Positions 45,210-55,121 are shown, counted from the stretch's first letter. The stretch: 64,000 nt of DNA from Planctomycetota bacterium (GCA_018242605.1 JAFEBP010000010.1:54354-118353), one strand, 5' to 3'. Notes: generated by a model not told the origin, from the letters alone. Numbers and translations: made by a program.

Positions 45210-45943
45210 GCCTTCCGTACCGCGGCATCCCCGGCATCGAGGCGTGGGAGATCGACCCCACGGCGGGAGAGCTGCGCATCGGCGTGTCGCCGCAGTCACC
45301 GCCACCGCCCACCGAGGCCGTCCGCGAGCAGTGGACGGCGTTGCTGCGGTCCAACTCTCGGTACCACGACAGCCCGATCCTGAGCGTGCTGACGTTCGAT
45401 CCGCACACCAACGAGATTCTCACCCGCGTTGACGGGTACATGCGGTTGGCGGTGCAGCCGCGGGTGAACACGGGCGTGCGCCTGCTGGGAGTCACGGCTC
45501 TGCTGTGTGCCCGCGACCGCGCCGGGCGTGAGTTCGTGCTGCTGGGCCGGCGCGCCCCGGGCACGCGCGTGTTCGGGGGGATGTGGGAACTGGGTCCTTC
45601 GGGCGGCGTGGCCCCGCCCACGGCGAACATCGCGCAACTGGACTGCGACTACCTCACCCGACAGCTCGCCGACGAGATCAGCGAGGAGGTCGGCATGATG
45701 ATCACGCACGCCGCCACCCCGGTCGCGTACATCCGCGACCACGGCGCTCACAGCGACGACGTTGTTCTGCGGTTCACGCTGGGGTTCATCGAGGACCTGC
45801 GCCACCAGCCCACCGCGGCCAACTGGGAATACACGGAAGTGGTGTGGATGCCCACCGATTCGGCGCACGCGTGGGACCACGAGGGCGTCATCGACGCCAC
45901 GCGCGCGACGTTCAGGGTGATGGGCTGGATCGATCCGGCTTAG
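45206..45943 (+). CDS. NUDIX-like protein with degenerate Nudix box (hypothetical)
   Basis: GGMWELGPSGGV...LADEISEEVGM resembles Gx5Ex7REUxEExGU but carries substitutions and an insertion. The GTG start overlaps the ybaB stop. Confidence 0.45.
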   Translation: MSLPYRGIPGIEAWEIDPTAGELRIGVSPQSPPPPTEAVREQWTALLRSNSRYHDSPILSVLTFDPHTNEILTRVDGYMRLAVQPRVNTGVRLLGVTALLCARDRAGREFVLLGRRAPGTRVFGGMWELGPSGGVAPPTANIAQLDCDYLTRQLADEISEEVGMMITHAATPVAYIRDHGAHSDDVVLRFTLGFIEDLRHQPTAANWEYTEVVWMPTDSAHAWDHEGVIDATRATFRVMGWIDPA

Positions 45944-46617
45944 GCCCGGCGGCGACGGGGCAGGGCGCACAGACCGAGCAGGGCCGCCGCGGTGGCGGGC
46001 GCCGGTACCGAGGTGACCCGCACGCTGAAGTTGTCGTAGTCCACCGTGATCGAGTAGCCCGATCCGGTTGAACTGTTGGACGTGACAAAGCCGAACCGCA
46101 TCGGCACAGCGGTGGCCGAGAAATCAGGGAGGCCGGCGCCGCCGTCGAGGCGGGAAAATGAGGCCGCGGTGAGCCCCGACGCGGTCTTGTGCCCCCAATC
46201 CCCGGTCGAGCCGGTGACGGAGAACGCCGCCACATAGACAAACGTTCCTTGCTTGAGGGCGACGCTGAGACCCTGGCCCTGACCGAATCCGCTGACCATG
46301 CGGTAATCCAGGTCAAACTTGAGCGCGCCGATGGCGCCTTGCGTGAGCGGGTCGTAGCGTGTGGCGGCGGTGCTGCCGTACCGGTGGAACGCGCTGATCT
46401 GCGAACCGGCGGAGGCGTTGACGGTGTCGAGCACGCGCAGGGCATTGCCCGGATTGCCGGTGCCGACGCTCTGGGATGAGGACGCCGTGCCGCCGCCGCC
46501 CGAGGGGTAGGTCTCGGTGGTCCATGTTCCTGCGGCGAAGTTGCCGTCGGAGAACACGATGTCGCCATGCGCGAGCGCGGCGAGGCCGCAGCACGAAAGT
46601 AACGCAACAGTCTTCAT
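45940..46617 (-). CDS. PEP-CTERM-tailed secreted protein (hypothetical)
   Basis: Signal peptide MKTVALLSCCGLAALAHG, and C-terminus VPAPATAAALLGLCALPRRRRA. A GGGAG SD is present. The stop overlaps the convergent gene by 4 nt. Confidence 0.7.
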   Translation of the reverse strand: MKTVALLSCCGLAALAHGDIVFSDGNFAAGTWTTETYPSGGGGTASSSQSVGTGNPGNALRVLDTVNASAGSQISAFHRYGSTAATRYDPLTQGAIGALKFDLDYRMVSGFGQGQGLSVALKQGTFVYVAAFSVTGSTGDWGHKTASGLTAASFSRLDGGAGLPDFSATAVPMRFGFVTSNSSTGSGYSITVDYDNFSVRVTSVPAPATAAALLGLCALPRRRRA

Positions 46618-46798
46618 CTCTCGCTCCCGAATAAGAAACCTGCGCGGTACGGCCGCGTGTGCCACAGCATACCACAGTTCGGGGACATTGGGAAGAGAAT
46701 CCTGCCCGGTCGGCGCGGCGGAGGCGGAAAATTCAGCGCACTCCTTACCGCGGCATCGTTATCGGGACTCGCCGCCCACCGGGCCGGCCTGGTCGGGG

Positions 46799-46844
46799 TT
46801 GACAATCTCGGGTTCGCGGCCAACACTTGCATAATGACGCAAGT
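46799..46844 (+). promoter_or_regulatory. arsR promoter/operator candidate
   Basis: TTGACA lies at 46799-46804, followed after 17 nt by AACACT at 46822-46827. An inverted repeat, ACTTGC-8 nt-GCAAGT (46825-46844), spans the arsR ATG at 46834. Confidence 0.4.
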
Positions 46845-47229
46845 ACGCACAACGAAACCGATCTCTCCCAAGCAGGCCGCGGCGTGCTGCAGGCCGGTGG
46901 ATGATCTGCTCGACCCCGCGATGTTCAAGGCCCTGTGCGATCCGACGCGGACGCGTTTGCTCTCGTGCCTCATCAAGTGCGCCCGCGCGTGCTCGGTCAC
47001 CGAGGTCGCCGAGTGCTGCTCGGTAGACTTCTCCGTGGTCTCCCGCCACCTGACGATGCTGGAGAAAGCGGGGATACTGGAAGCCGCCAAGCAGGGGCGC
47101 ACCGTGAGCTACGCGGTGCGGTACGCGCACCTGAGCAAGACCTTCCGAAAACTGGCGGCGTCGATCGACGAGTGCCGCCCCACGCGCGGTGGCAAGCCGT
47201 GCGGAGACAACTGCTGTGGGACGTGCTGA
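46834..47229 (+). CDS. arsR: ArsR/SmtB-family metalloregulator
   Basis: HTH region FKALCDPTRTRLLSCLIKCARACSVTEVAECCSVDFSVVSRHLTMLEKAGIL. It has Cys pairs and a Cys-rich tail (CGDNCCGTC). It heads an ars operon. Confidence 0.8.
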   Translation: MTQVRTTKPISPKQAAACCRPVDDLLDPAMFKALCDPTRTRLLSCLIKCARACSVTEVAECCSVDFSVVSRHLTMLEKAGILEAAKQGRTVSYAVRYAHLSKTFRKLAASIDECRPTRGGKPCGDNCCGTC

Positions 47230-48052
47230 CGACAGACCCAAGGTGCTCTTTCTGTGCACGGGCAACTCCTGCCGGAGCCAGATGGCCGAGGGCTGGGCCA
47301 GGGCGCTGCTCTCAGAATCGCTCGAGGCGTTCTCGGCGGGGACCAATCCGCAAGGCCTGAACCCGCTGGCGGTACGCGCAATGGCGGAGGTTGACGTCGA
47401 TATCTCTGGGCACTCGAGCAAACGCGCTGGGGACCTGCGCGTTGAGTTTGACTTCGTCATCACCGTCTGCGGCGGCGCTCACGAACAATGTCCGGTGTTT
47501 GCGGCTCGCACTCGCATCATCCACGCAGGGTTTGATGATCCGCCGCGGCTGGCCACCGGTGCGCGGAGCGACGAAGAGGCGATGCCCCACTACCGGCGCG
47601 TGCGAGATGAAATACGGACGTTTGTCAGAACTCTACCCGAGCGGCTCATGCATCAGCGGAGCCAAACTACCAAGGAGCACCCGATGTCAACCGTCACCGT
47701 CTTCGATCCGCCCATGTGCTGTTCATCGGGGGTGTGCGGCGCGGAGCCCGATGTCGCCCGGGCCCGATTCGCCGCGGACCTCAAGTGGCTGGAGGGTCGG
47801 GGCGTAGCGGTTCAGCGATACTCGCTATCACAGCAGCCCCAGGAGTTCACCACGCGGGCCGCGGTGCTGCAAGCCGTCAGCGCCGGAGGCACGGGTGCGC
47901 TGCCGATCGTCATGGTTGATGACCAAATCGTGGCGGAGCGTGCGTACCCGAGCCGCGAACAGCTCGCGGTGAAACTCTGCCTCACTCTTGACACCGCGCC
48001 GATCGTGCCTGCACCGCGGCCGTGCGGCTGCGGGTCCGGCGCCTGCTGCTGA
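47189..48052 (+). CDS. arsC: Single ORF containing an LMW-PTP-type (thioredoxin-coupled) arsenate reductase ArsC domain followed in frame by an ArsD metallochaperone domain
   Basis: ArsC motifs are LFLCTGNSCRSQMAEGW and ITVCGGAHEQCP. No stop codon occurs before MSTVTVFDPPMCCSSGVCG (ArsD). The ArsC start is uncertain (GTG 47189, 47216 or 47243). Confidence 0.75.
   Translation: MASRAETTAVGRADDRPKVLFLCTGNSCRSQMAEGWARALLSESLEAFSAGTNPQGLNPLAVRAMAEVDVDISGHSSKRAGDLRVEFDFVITVCGGAHEQCPVFAARTRIIHAGFDDPPRLATGARSDEEAMPHYRRVRDEIRTFVRTLPERLMHQRSQTTKEHPMSTVTVFDPPMCCSSGVCGAEPDVARARFAADLKWLEGRGVAVQRYSLSQQPQEFTTRAAVLQAVSAGGTGALPIVMVDDQIVAERAYPSREQLAVKLCLTLDTAPIVPAPRPCGCGSGACC
47684..48052 (+). CDS. arsD: ArsD arsenical metallochaperone (possible independent initiation inside the arsC-arsD ORF)
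   Basis: AAGGAG (47672-47677) lies 6 nt upstream of ATG 47684. The Cys12-Cys13-Cys18 motif is FDPPMCCSSGVCG. Confidence 0.7.
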   Translation: MSTVTVFDPPMCCSSGVCGAEPDVARARFAADLKWLEGRGVAVQRYSLSQQPQEFTTRAAVLQAVSAGGTGALPIVMVDDQIVAERAYPSREQLAVKLCLTLDTAPIVPAPRPCGCGSGACC

Positions 48053-48115
48053 GCGACGCCGACAACACCCGTCGCCATCTCCGTCGGACCAAGTTCGTAC
48101 CGAAGGACAAGCCTC

Positions 48116-49930
48116 ATGGACTTTGTCAACTCTCCGACCCGTTACCTCTTCTTCACCGGCAAGGGCGGGGTGGGCAAGACCTCTCTCGCGTGTGCCACGG
48201 CCGTTTCGCTGGCGGATCGCGGCGAGCATGTGCTCCTGGTGAGCACCGACCCGGCCTCGAACCTTGATGATGTTTTCGGGGTGCGTCTTTCCAACACCCC
48301 CACTCCTGTGCCCGGCGCACCGGGGCTGGAAGCGGTCAACGTGGACCCCGAGGCCGCGGCGAAGGCGTACCGGGACCGCGTCGTTGGCCCGTACCGGGGC
48401 GTGTTGCCCGCCGACGCCATCGCCCACATGGAAGAACAACTCTCGGGCTCGTGCACGGTCGAGATCGCGGCGTTCGATGAGTTCACGGGCTTGCTCACCA
48501 ACAACGCCATCGCCCGAAAGTACGGGCACATCATCTTCGACACGGCGCCGACGGGGCACACGCTGCGGTTGTTGTCACTTCCCGCCGCGTGGACCGGGTT
48601 CCTGCAGACCAACACTCAGGGAAGTTCATGCCTGGGCCCGCTCTCGGGGCTCAACTCCCAAAGGGAGCGGTACGAAGCGACCGTCAGAGCACTGGCGGAC
48701 AAGCAACAGACCACCTTCGTCCTCGTGGCCCGGGCTGAACCCAGCGCCCTCCGCGAGGCGGACCGCACCAGCCACGAACTGGGCGCGCTGGGCATGAGTA
48801 ACCAGAGGCTCGTCGTCAACGGAGTCTTTACTCCCACGTCGGCGGGCGACGAAATCGCCGACGCGATGGGGGCGCGGACACTTCAGGCTCTCGAAGCGAT
48901 CCCGGACGGCATCGCGTCGCTGCCTCGCACGCTGATACCTCTGAAACGGCGCAACCTCATCGGACTGGAAGCGATCCGGGCGATGCTGCGCGACGAGTGC
49001 GTGGGGACGATTCCCGATGTATTTTCCGACGAGCCTTCGGATGCGATGAACATGCCCCCGCTGATCGACCTCATCGATCAGATCGAGGCGGCCGGGCACG
49101 GAGCGGTGATGACCATGGGAAAGGGCGGCGTCGGGAAGACGACGATCGCCGCGGCCATCGCTGTCGAGCTTGCGCGTCGCGGGCACGAGGTACACCTGAC
49201 CACAACGGATCCGGCGGCGCACATCTCCGCCGCGATCGGGGCGTCCCTCCCGAACCTCACCGTGGATCGCATCGACCCGGTCGCCGAGACCAAGGCGTAC
49301 CGCGACGGGGTGCTTCGGGCCTCCGCCAAGGAACTTGACGCCGCGGGGCTTGCGCTGCTGGAGGAAGACCTTCGCTCGCCCTGCACGGAGGAGGTCGCGG
49401 TGTTCCGGGCTTTCTCGCGCATACTCAACGAGGCGAAACGGCGGTTCGTGGTCATCGACACCGCGCCGACGGGGCACACCCTGCTCTTGCTGGACGCCAC
49501 GGGCTCGTACCACCGGGAGATGATGCGGCAGATGAGCAAACTCCGGCCCGCGGAATCGACGCACACCGACGCCCAGGGACACTTGTCGGTCGAGGGCGTC
49601 AGCACGCCGATGATGAAGCTGCAGGACCGGTCGTACACCAAGGTCATCATCGTGACGCTCGCGGAGAACACCCCCGTGCTCGAGGCGTCGCGCCTTCAGG
49701 ATGATCTGCGGCGGGCCCACATCGAGCCTTACGCGTGGGTGATCAACAGCAGCCTGTCCGCCACCGCTACCGCCGACCCGCTGCTTCTCGCCCGCGCCCG
49801 CGGCGAACACGCCATGATCGAAGACGTGCGTACGAAGCGAGCGACGAGGACGTTCATCGTCCCGTGGCAAGCGGAGCCGCCGGTGGGCGCCGCGTCGCTG
49901 CATCATCTGATCGGGGCGGCCGCTTCATGA
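48116..49930 (+). CDS. arsA: Arsenite-transporting ATPase ArsA
   Basis: Two homologous halves each carry a deviant Walker A (GKGGVGKTS / GKGGVGKTT) and DTAPTGHTL signal sequences. Confidence 0.93.
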   Translation: MDFVNSPTRYLFFTGKGGVGKTSLACATAVSLADRGEHVLLVSTDPASNLDDVFGVRLSNTPTPVPGAPGLEAVNVDPEAAAKAYRDRVVGPYRGVLPADAIAHMEEQLSGSCTVEIAAFDEFTGLLTNNAIARKYGHIIFDTAPTGHTLRLLSLPAAWTGFLQTNTQGSSCLGPLSGLNSQRERYEATVRALADKQQTTFVLVARAEPSALREADRTSHELGALGMSNQRLVVNGVFTPTSAGDEIADAMGARTLQALEAIPDGIASLPRTLIPLKRRNLIGLEAIRAMLRDECVGTIPDVFSDEPSDAMNMPPLIDLIDQIEAAGHGAVMTMGKGGVGKTTIAAAIAVELARRGHEVHLTTTDPAAHISAAIGASLPNLTVDRIDPVAETKAYRDGVLRASAKELDAAGLALLEEDLRSPCTEEVAVFRAFSRILNEAKRRFVVIDTAPTGHTLLLLDATGSYHREMMRQMSKLRPAESTHTDAQGHLSVEGVSTPMMKLQDRSYTKVIIVTLAENTPVLEASRLQDDLRRAHIEPYAWVINSSLSATATADPLLLARARGEHAMIEDVRTKRATRTFIVPWQAEPPVGAASLHHLIGAAAS

Positions 49931-51045
49931 AGATCTCAGGCATGGATACTGATTGTCGGCCGTGCCCGGCACCCCGCGCGGACCGTCTGAGTTTTCTGGA
50001 CCGTTACCTCACGCTCTGGATCTTCCTGGCGATGGCGACGGGCGTTGCGATCGGCCGGCTGGCGCCGGGTGTGCGCGGCGTCATCGACAGCGTAACGGTC
50101 GGCACCACCAACATCCCGATCGCCATCGGCCTGGTGCTGATGATGTACCCGCCGCTCGCCAAAGTGCGGTACGAGGAACTGCCAACGGTCTTTCGCGGCT
50201 GGAAGATCCTCGTCCTCTCGCTGGTTCAGAACTGGATCGTGGGACCGGTGCTGATGTTCGCGCTCGCCGCGATCTTCCTGCACGACACGCCCGAGTACAT
50301 GCTCGGGCTCACGATGGTCGGCTTGGCACGGTGCATCGCGATGGTGCTGGTGTGGAACGACCTGGCCAAAGGCAGCCCCGAATACGCCGCGGGGCTGGTG
50401 GCGTTCAACAGCATTTTCCAGGTGCTCTTCTTCGGCGTGTACGCATGGGTGTTCATGACGTGGCTGCCGCCGTTGGTGGGACTCAAGGGCGCGGTGGTGA
50501 ACGTGGGCATGGCGAGCATCTTCAGGAGCGTGCTCATCTACCTGGGCATCCCGTTCTTCGCGGGCATGTTTACCCGCGCGATCCTGCGTGCCGTGAAGGG
50601 CGATGCGTGGTACACACGCGTGTTCATCCCGCGCATCTCCCCCCTCACGCTGGTCGCGTTGCTGTTCACGATTGTCGTGATGTTCAGCCTGCAGGGTCAC
50701 CGGATCATCGCCGCGCCGCTGGACATCGTGCGGATCGCGGTGCCGCTGGTGTTGTATTTCGTGATCATGTTCTTGACGTCGTTCTTCATGGCCCGCCGCG
50801 TGGGGGCAGACTACGAACGGTCGGCCACGCTCGCGTTCACGGCCACCGGCAACAACTTCGAGCTCGCCATTGCGGTGGCGATCAGCGTATTCGGGATCGC
50901 TTCCGGCACGGCGTTCGCGACCGTGATCGGGCCGCTGGTGGAGGTACCTGTCCTCATCGGGCTGGTGAGCGTTTCGTTGCGGCTGGGGAAAAAGTGGTTC
51001 CCCAACAAGGCGGCGCCGCGCGTCACCGCGGCGCGAGCCGCGTGA
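49927..51045 (+). CDS. acr3: ACR3-family arsenite efflux transporter
   Basis: [23 protein letters not shown] and about 10 TMs. ATG 49927 overlaps the arsA stop (ATGA). Confidence 0.9.
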   Translation: MKISGMDTDCRPCPAPRADRLSFLDRYLTLWIFLAMATGVAIGRLAPGVRGVIDSVTVGTTNIPIAIGLVLMMYPPLAKVRYEELPTVFRGWKILVLSLVQNWIVGPVLMFALAAIFLHDTPEYMLGLTMVGLARCIAMVLVWNDLAKGSPEYAAGLVAFNSIFQVLFFGVYAWVFMTWLPPLVGLKGAVVNVGMASIFRSVLIYLGIPFFAGMFTRAILRAVKGDAWYTRVFIPRISPLTLVALLFTIVVMFSLQGHRIIAAPLDIVRIAVPLVLYFVIMFLTSFFMARRVGADYERSATLAFTATGNNFELAIAVAISVFGIASGTAFATVIGPLVEVPVLIGLVSVSLRLGKKWFPNKAAPRVTAARAA

Positions 51046-51375
51046 CCGGCCGACGACGGTCGCGGCCTCACTGGCGCTTCCTCTCCGCCCACATCGCGCC
51101 CGCCCGAACCAGTTCGCGTCGACCGGCCACCACACCCAGGATGACCGCGACGATTTGGAACCGCGATGCCCACGCCGCGTGTTGAGCCTCAAAGACGCCG
51201 CAAACGAGAGCCCTGAGCGCCTCAGCATCGCAACTCACGGCGATTGCCCTGAGGCCCCCATGCAGCCGATTGGATCACGCGCGACTTCCCCATGGCAGCA
51301 CCTTTCGGTTGCCGCGCACAACCGTCCATCGTCGGGAGTTTCGACTGTGTTGAATGTCTGCGGTTCCCCGAGGCT

Positions 51376-52374
51376 TCACCTCGGTGTAGCAATCTCATCG
51401 CCGTCAAAGTCGCGGCCCAGCAGGCCCGGCCGCGTCCAACGGTACATGCCGGTTAGGTTGGTTCCCCCCAGCGCGGGCGGCTCCCACGACAGCGGCTGGT
51501 AGGTCAGGGTCGTGGGGAACAGCGCCTGCGGGTTCGACGGATTGAACCCGCGGTTGGCGCTTGAGGTCGCACGCACGGCCACAGAACCGTCCGCGAAGCA
51601 AATGGGCACGCGCGCTTCGGGGTACATGAAGTATGCGATCCGGGGGCCCAGATGACGCTGGTACGGGTCCCACGCGAACGCCTTCTGCGACGAGTATGCG
51701 ATCTCTGCGGTGCGTCTGCGGCCGAGCAGCGTGCCGCCGAGAATCTGGTACGTGCTGTGCGTCGTAGCCTGCGTGACCGTGCCGACCGCCCCGACCACGT
51801 AATCGGGGCTATAGAACGCGGGGCCGATCTCGTAGGTGCTGGAGTATGGCCAGCGCTGCGTTCCGGGGCCGGGAGTCGGCTGAGGCGTCAGTTGACCGCG
51901 ATCGAACGCCGCGGGATCGTTCGCCCACGCCTGAAGGCGTTCATCCTCGGGCGAGATGGACCATCGCAAGGGCAGCGCGGCGGCGTAATAGTCAGCGAGA
52001 ACCAAGTGCGAGAACTTGATGTGAGGGATCCAAGACGAGATCAACGGGATATCCGCGCGGTTGGCCCGGCGGCGCATGATGTCGACGGCCTGCGCGGACG
52101 CTGCGGACAGATCGTCGCCGAACGGACCGCGCAGGTCGGCGTACGTGGTGGGATTCACCACACCTGCCTGCCACGAGAACGAGAAAATGCGATCGACGTT
52201 GTCCGAGGCGTACGAGCCGAGCGAACAACCGTACTGGCGGAGGTTGGTCATCGATTCGCCGAGGGACGACAGACGCCGCGTACGCGACGCCGCGGGCAGT
52301 AGCAGCGCGGCGACCGCTGCAAGCACCAAAGTAACGGCCAGAAGATCCGGGAGGGCGAAGGCGCGGCGTTTCAT
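51376..52374 (-). CDS. Pseudopilin-like protein (DUF1559-like) with degenerate prepilin N-terminus
   Basis: MKRRAFALPDLLAVTLVLAAVAALLLPA...NLRQYG parallels the planctomycete G/FTLIELLVV...LLPA...NLKQIG pattern but has Asp in place of Glu5. An AAGGGGA SD is present. Confidence 0.5.
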   Translation of the reverse strand: MKRRAFALPDLLAVTLVLAAVAALLLPAASRTRRLSSLGESMTNLRQYGCSLGSYASDNVDRIFSFSWQAGVVNPTTYADLRGPFGDDLSAASAQAVDIMRRRANRADIPLISSWIPHIKFSHLVLADYYAAALPLRWSISPEDERLQAWANDPAAFDRGQLTPQPTPGPGTQRWPYSSTYEIGPAFYSPDYVVGAVGTVTQATTHSTYQILGGTLLGRRRTAEIAYSSQKAFAWDPYQRHLGPRIAYFMYPEARVPICFADGSVAVRATSSANRGFNPSNPQALFPTTLTYQPLSWEPPALGGTNLTGMYRWTRPGLLGRDFDGDEIATPR

Positions 52375-52547
52375 GTGGTCCCCTTGGCAGCTTCCGCGAC
52401 GAATGCGCGGATGACGACACAAGGATACAAGGCCGCGTCCGTCAGGTTGCGTGCGCAACGGTCCCGAAATCCGTGATCGCCCGGGATTCAGTCAGATTTT
52501 CGTCGTTTCCAGCGGTCCCGATCGTCACCCGAACGTCCGGTCGGGTG

Positions 52548-53093
52548 TCACATCGGCTTCTTGTTGATGGTCACGTCGTACACGTGCAGGAGTTTCTCCT
52601 TGTCGAAGATCATCTCCTGACGCGTAGCACCGACGATGTCGTACTCGGTGGTGAGTTCGATGGCGTCAACGGGGCAGGCCTCTTCGCACATGCCGCAATA
52701 GATGCACCGCAGTTCGTCGATCTCGAACTTCATCGGGTACTTTTCACGATCATCCCAGGGGCTTTCACTGGCCTGAATGTGGATGCAGCGAGCCGGGCAG
52801 ATCGTGGGGCACATCATGCAGGCAACGCACTTCACTCGGCCCTTTTCGTCGCGATTCAGGCGGTGCACGCCGCGGAAGTTGCCGGCGAACTGTCCGCCTT
52901 CTTCCACCGGCAGATGCTCGCGGCGGACTTCCGGGTACTGCATCACGCGGCTGGTCCGCCCCTGGCCCCATGAAGTGAACATGTGGCGGAGGGTGGTACC
53001 GAAGCCCTTGAAGATCGACGGCAGGTAGACGGCTTCCAGGCGCGTCATCGGCGCCGGATCGATGTTGATGATGTCCTCGGGGCGGATGGTCAT
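52548..53093 (-). CDS. nuoI: NADH-quinone oxidoreductase subunit I-like 2x[4Fe-4S] ferredoxin
   Basis: CVACMMCPTICP and CIYCGMCEEACPVDAIE, with NuoI-like flanks (YPEVRREHLP...RGVHRL). No other nuo genes are in the window. Confidence 0.75.
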   Translation of the reverse strand: MTIRPEDIINIDPAPMTRLEAVYLPSIFKGFGTTLRHMFTSWGQGRTSRVMQYPEVRREHLPVEEGGQFAGNFRGVHRLNRDEKGRVKCVACMMCPTICPARCIHIQASESPWDDREKYPMKFEIDELRCIYCGMCEEACPVDAIELTTEYDIVGATRQEMIFDKEKLLHVYDVTINKKPM

Positions 53094-53102
53094 GCTGGCG
53101 GG

Positions 53103-53108
53103 AGTGTA
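53103..53108 (-). promoter_or_regulatory. -10-like box (TACACT on minus strand) 9 nt upstream of nuoI start
   Basis: Recurrent TAnnnT-spacer-start pattern. Confidence 0.4.
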
Positions 53109-53506
53109 GGAATGTCCACCCCGGTCGGGAGGAATTTCGCGGTGCCCGGGCTTGGGTACTTCTGCTCGGATCGCGCCGGCACAGGGGGCGGAGCGGCACC
53201 CCCTTTGGGTCGAACTCCTGGATCCTCACGCCTGTCATTCGTCCCTAGGGCCTTGGCAACCTGGGGCGGTACGGGTGGCGGCCCACGTTCGGGTTGGGGG
53301 GGCGCGGGGCGTGCCCGGGTGGAAGTTTGAATGCATCGGAGTGCTGCCGGCTGGTCTTCGCCATGCCGACACATCGGACCGCGTGAGGGATGCCCTTCGG
53401 TCTCGACCGAAATACCTGACCGGCATGGAAGCGATCACCGAGTCTCACTCTGGCGACGATCGCCCCGAGCCGTTGGGCATCCGGGCGTGGGTCGGGACCG
53501 TTGGCC

Positions 53507-53704
53507 TTACGACCACGTCACGCGGAACTGCTGTGCCGCGCTGGCGACGGCCTGTGCATTCACGGAGGTGGCGCCTTCACCATCGATCGCGGCTTGAACC
53601 GCAGCGCCGACGTTCGGGCGGGAGACAACCGCTGAGGAACGAGTGGACTTGGCCACGGAGGACCTCTTCTTGGCCGCCTTCTTCTTGCCCTTCTTTTTCG
53701 CCAT
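53507..53704 (-). CDS. Small basic hypothetical protein
   Basis: AAGGAG lies 7 nt upstream of ATG 53704. The protein is 65 aa, starting MAKKKGKKKAAKKRSS... Confidence 0.45.
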   Translation of the reverse strand: MAKKKGKKKAAKKRSSVAKSTRSSAVVSRPNVGAAVQAAIDGEGATSVNAQAVASAAQQFRVTWS

Positions 53705-53731
53705 GTTCAAACTCCTTGAGTTGCAGGTGAA

Positions 53732-54931
53732 CTAACGCTTCAACGCTCCGAGGTCGTACATCGCCTGCCACCGCAGGGAGTCCCAACTGTCACCCGAAGC
53801 GAACTCGACAAAGCCGGGCGGATCTTTCGTGATGTGCTTTGTGATCCAGTCCTTGATCAACGGCACCCGCTTGGCCGAATCGGCCGTGTACCACGACTGC
53901 AGCAACCCGGTGCTGTTGTATTGCCGCGGCACGAAGTTGCTCTGCCCGGTCACCCGGTAATACGTGGGCATCGGCGCCGACAAGACGCCGCCGGGGAGAA
54001 TGAGGCAGTCATAGGCGAGGTAGCCGATCGTCATGGGCTTGGGGAACTGCTCCTGCATCGTCACCGATCGCTGGGAGACGCTCACGAACTTGACGTTGGC
54101 CCCGATCTGGGAGCCGGCGGTGGCGTTCAGCGTATTGGTCAGTTCCGCGTAGCGTTCCCCGGCGGACCTAGTGGCGTCGGGCGTGCCCGGGTTGGGCGCC
54201 GGCAGCGCGATCCCCGCGGCACCCGAGGCCCCGTGCGATGAGGCGTCATCCAGGTGGACGTTGATGCTTTTGGCCTGGAAGACGCGGGTCACCACGCGCA
54301 CGTACACGGGGTTCGAGCCCGGTTCGCCGTTGGCGTACGCGTCGAGCATGCTCTGGTGCTGCGAGCGCCAGGCCTGCAACAGCGGATCGATCGTGGAGAT
54401 ATCCAGGCCCTTGGTCTGGGCTTCGCTGATGGCCACGGTAACGGTCGCGGCGGCCGAGCCGAGAAAGCTCAGTCCCACCGGGATGCCCTCGATCGGGAAC
54501 GCGGCGTTGAGGCCTCCGCCGCGCCGGATGTCGAAGGAGTATGTGGGGAACGCGGCGGCGGGCAGGTCGTCCCAGCCGCTCACCTGCGTGGGGAACTGGC
54601 CTTCATCGCCCGTACGTTTGGCGTAGAACTTCTCGATCTCGCCCAGCACGGGCAACCGCACCAAGTGGGTGTCCAGCGGGAGGAACCCGTTCTTCTCGAA
54701 CAGGGCGATCTCCTTGCCGATGGGGGTAGTGGTCAGGAACACGTCGCCGGGCTCGATGTCCCGCGAGAGCGGGTACGCGGGCATCACCTGCGAGGCGCGG
54801 ATCGTGAGGCACCAATCGCGGGCGACGTGCCCGAGTTTGTCCGCCTTCTCCGCGTCGGTAACGCACCCGCCAAGCACCAGCGCCGCGGCGCCGCACGCGG
54901 CAATCGCCAACCTTCGCCAACTGATCTTCAT
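53732..54931 (-). CDS. Lipoprotein of unknown function
   Basis: AAGGAG SD. The signal peptide with lipobox is MKISWRRLAIAACGAAALVLGGC. The 399-aa body is beta-rich, and I recognised no family. Confidence 0.7.
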   Translation of the reverse strand: MKISWRRLAIAACGAAALVLGGCVTDAEKADKLGHVARDWCLTIRASQVMPAYPLSRDIEPGDVFLTTTPIGKEIALFEKNGFLPLDTHLVRLPVLGEIEKFYAKRTGDEGQFPTQVSGWDDLPAAAFPTYSFDIRRGGGLNAAFPIEGIPVGLSFLGSAAATVTVAISEAQTKGLDISTIDPLLQAWRSQHQSMLDAYANGEPGSNPVYVRVVTRVFQAKSINVHLDDASSHGASGAAGIALPAPNPGTPDATRSAGERYAELTNTLNATAGSQIGANVKFVSVSQRSVTMQEQFPKPMTIGYLAYDCLILPGGVLSAPMPTYYRVTGQSNFVPRQYNSTGLLQSWYTADSAKRVPLIKDWITKHITKDPPGFVEFASGDSWDSLRWQAMYDLGALKR

Positions 54932-55121
54932 GAAACTGCTCCTTCAGACAGGACCGATTCCTGCGCGGCGCGACTGTACCCGGCGTTCGCTGCCCGGAGC
55001 GTCGGTCCCGCAAGAAGGGTTCGCCTCGGGCATCGGCGGACCGGCCCGCTCGCCGAACATCCGCCGTGCCATCAGAGAGACGCGGCGGCGGCGGATCGGC
55101 GCGGCCTTCCGCCCTCTCCCC

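Noticed and set aside
53360-53427. Nested stem-loop (CCATGCCG...CGGCATGG enclosing GGACCG/CGGTC and GAGGG/CCCTT) in the gene-free region upstream of nuoI.
   Set aside because: At this GC content 8-bp complementarities arise easily. There is no U-tract, no known riboswitch motif and no clear strand assignment. It is worth a cmscan but not a call.
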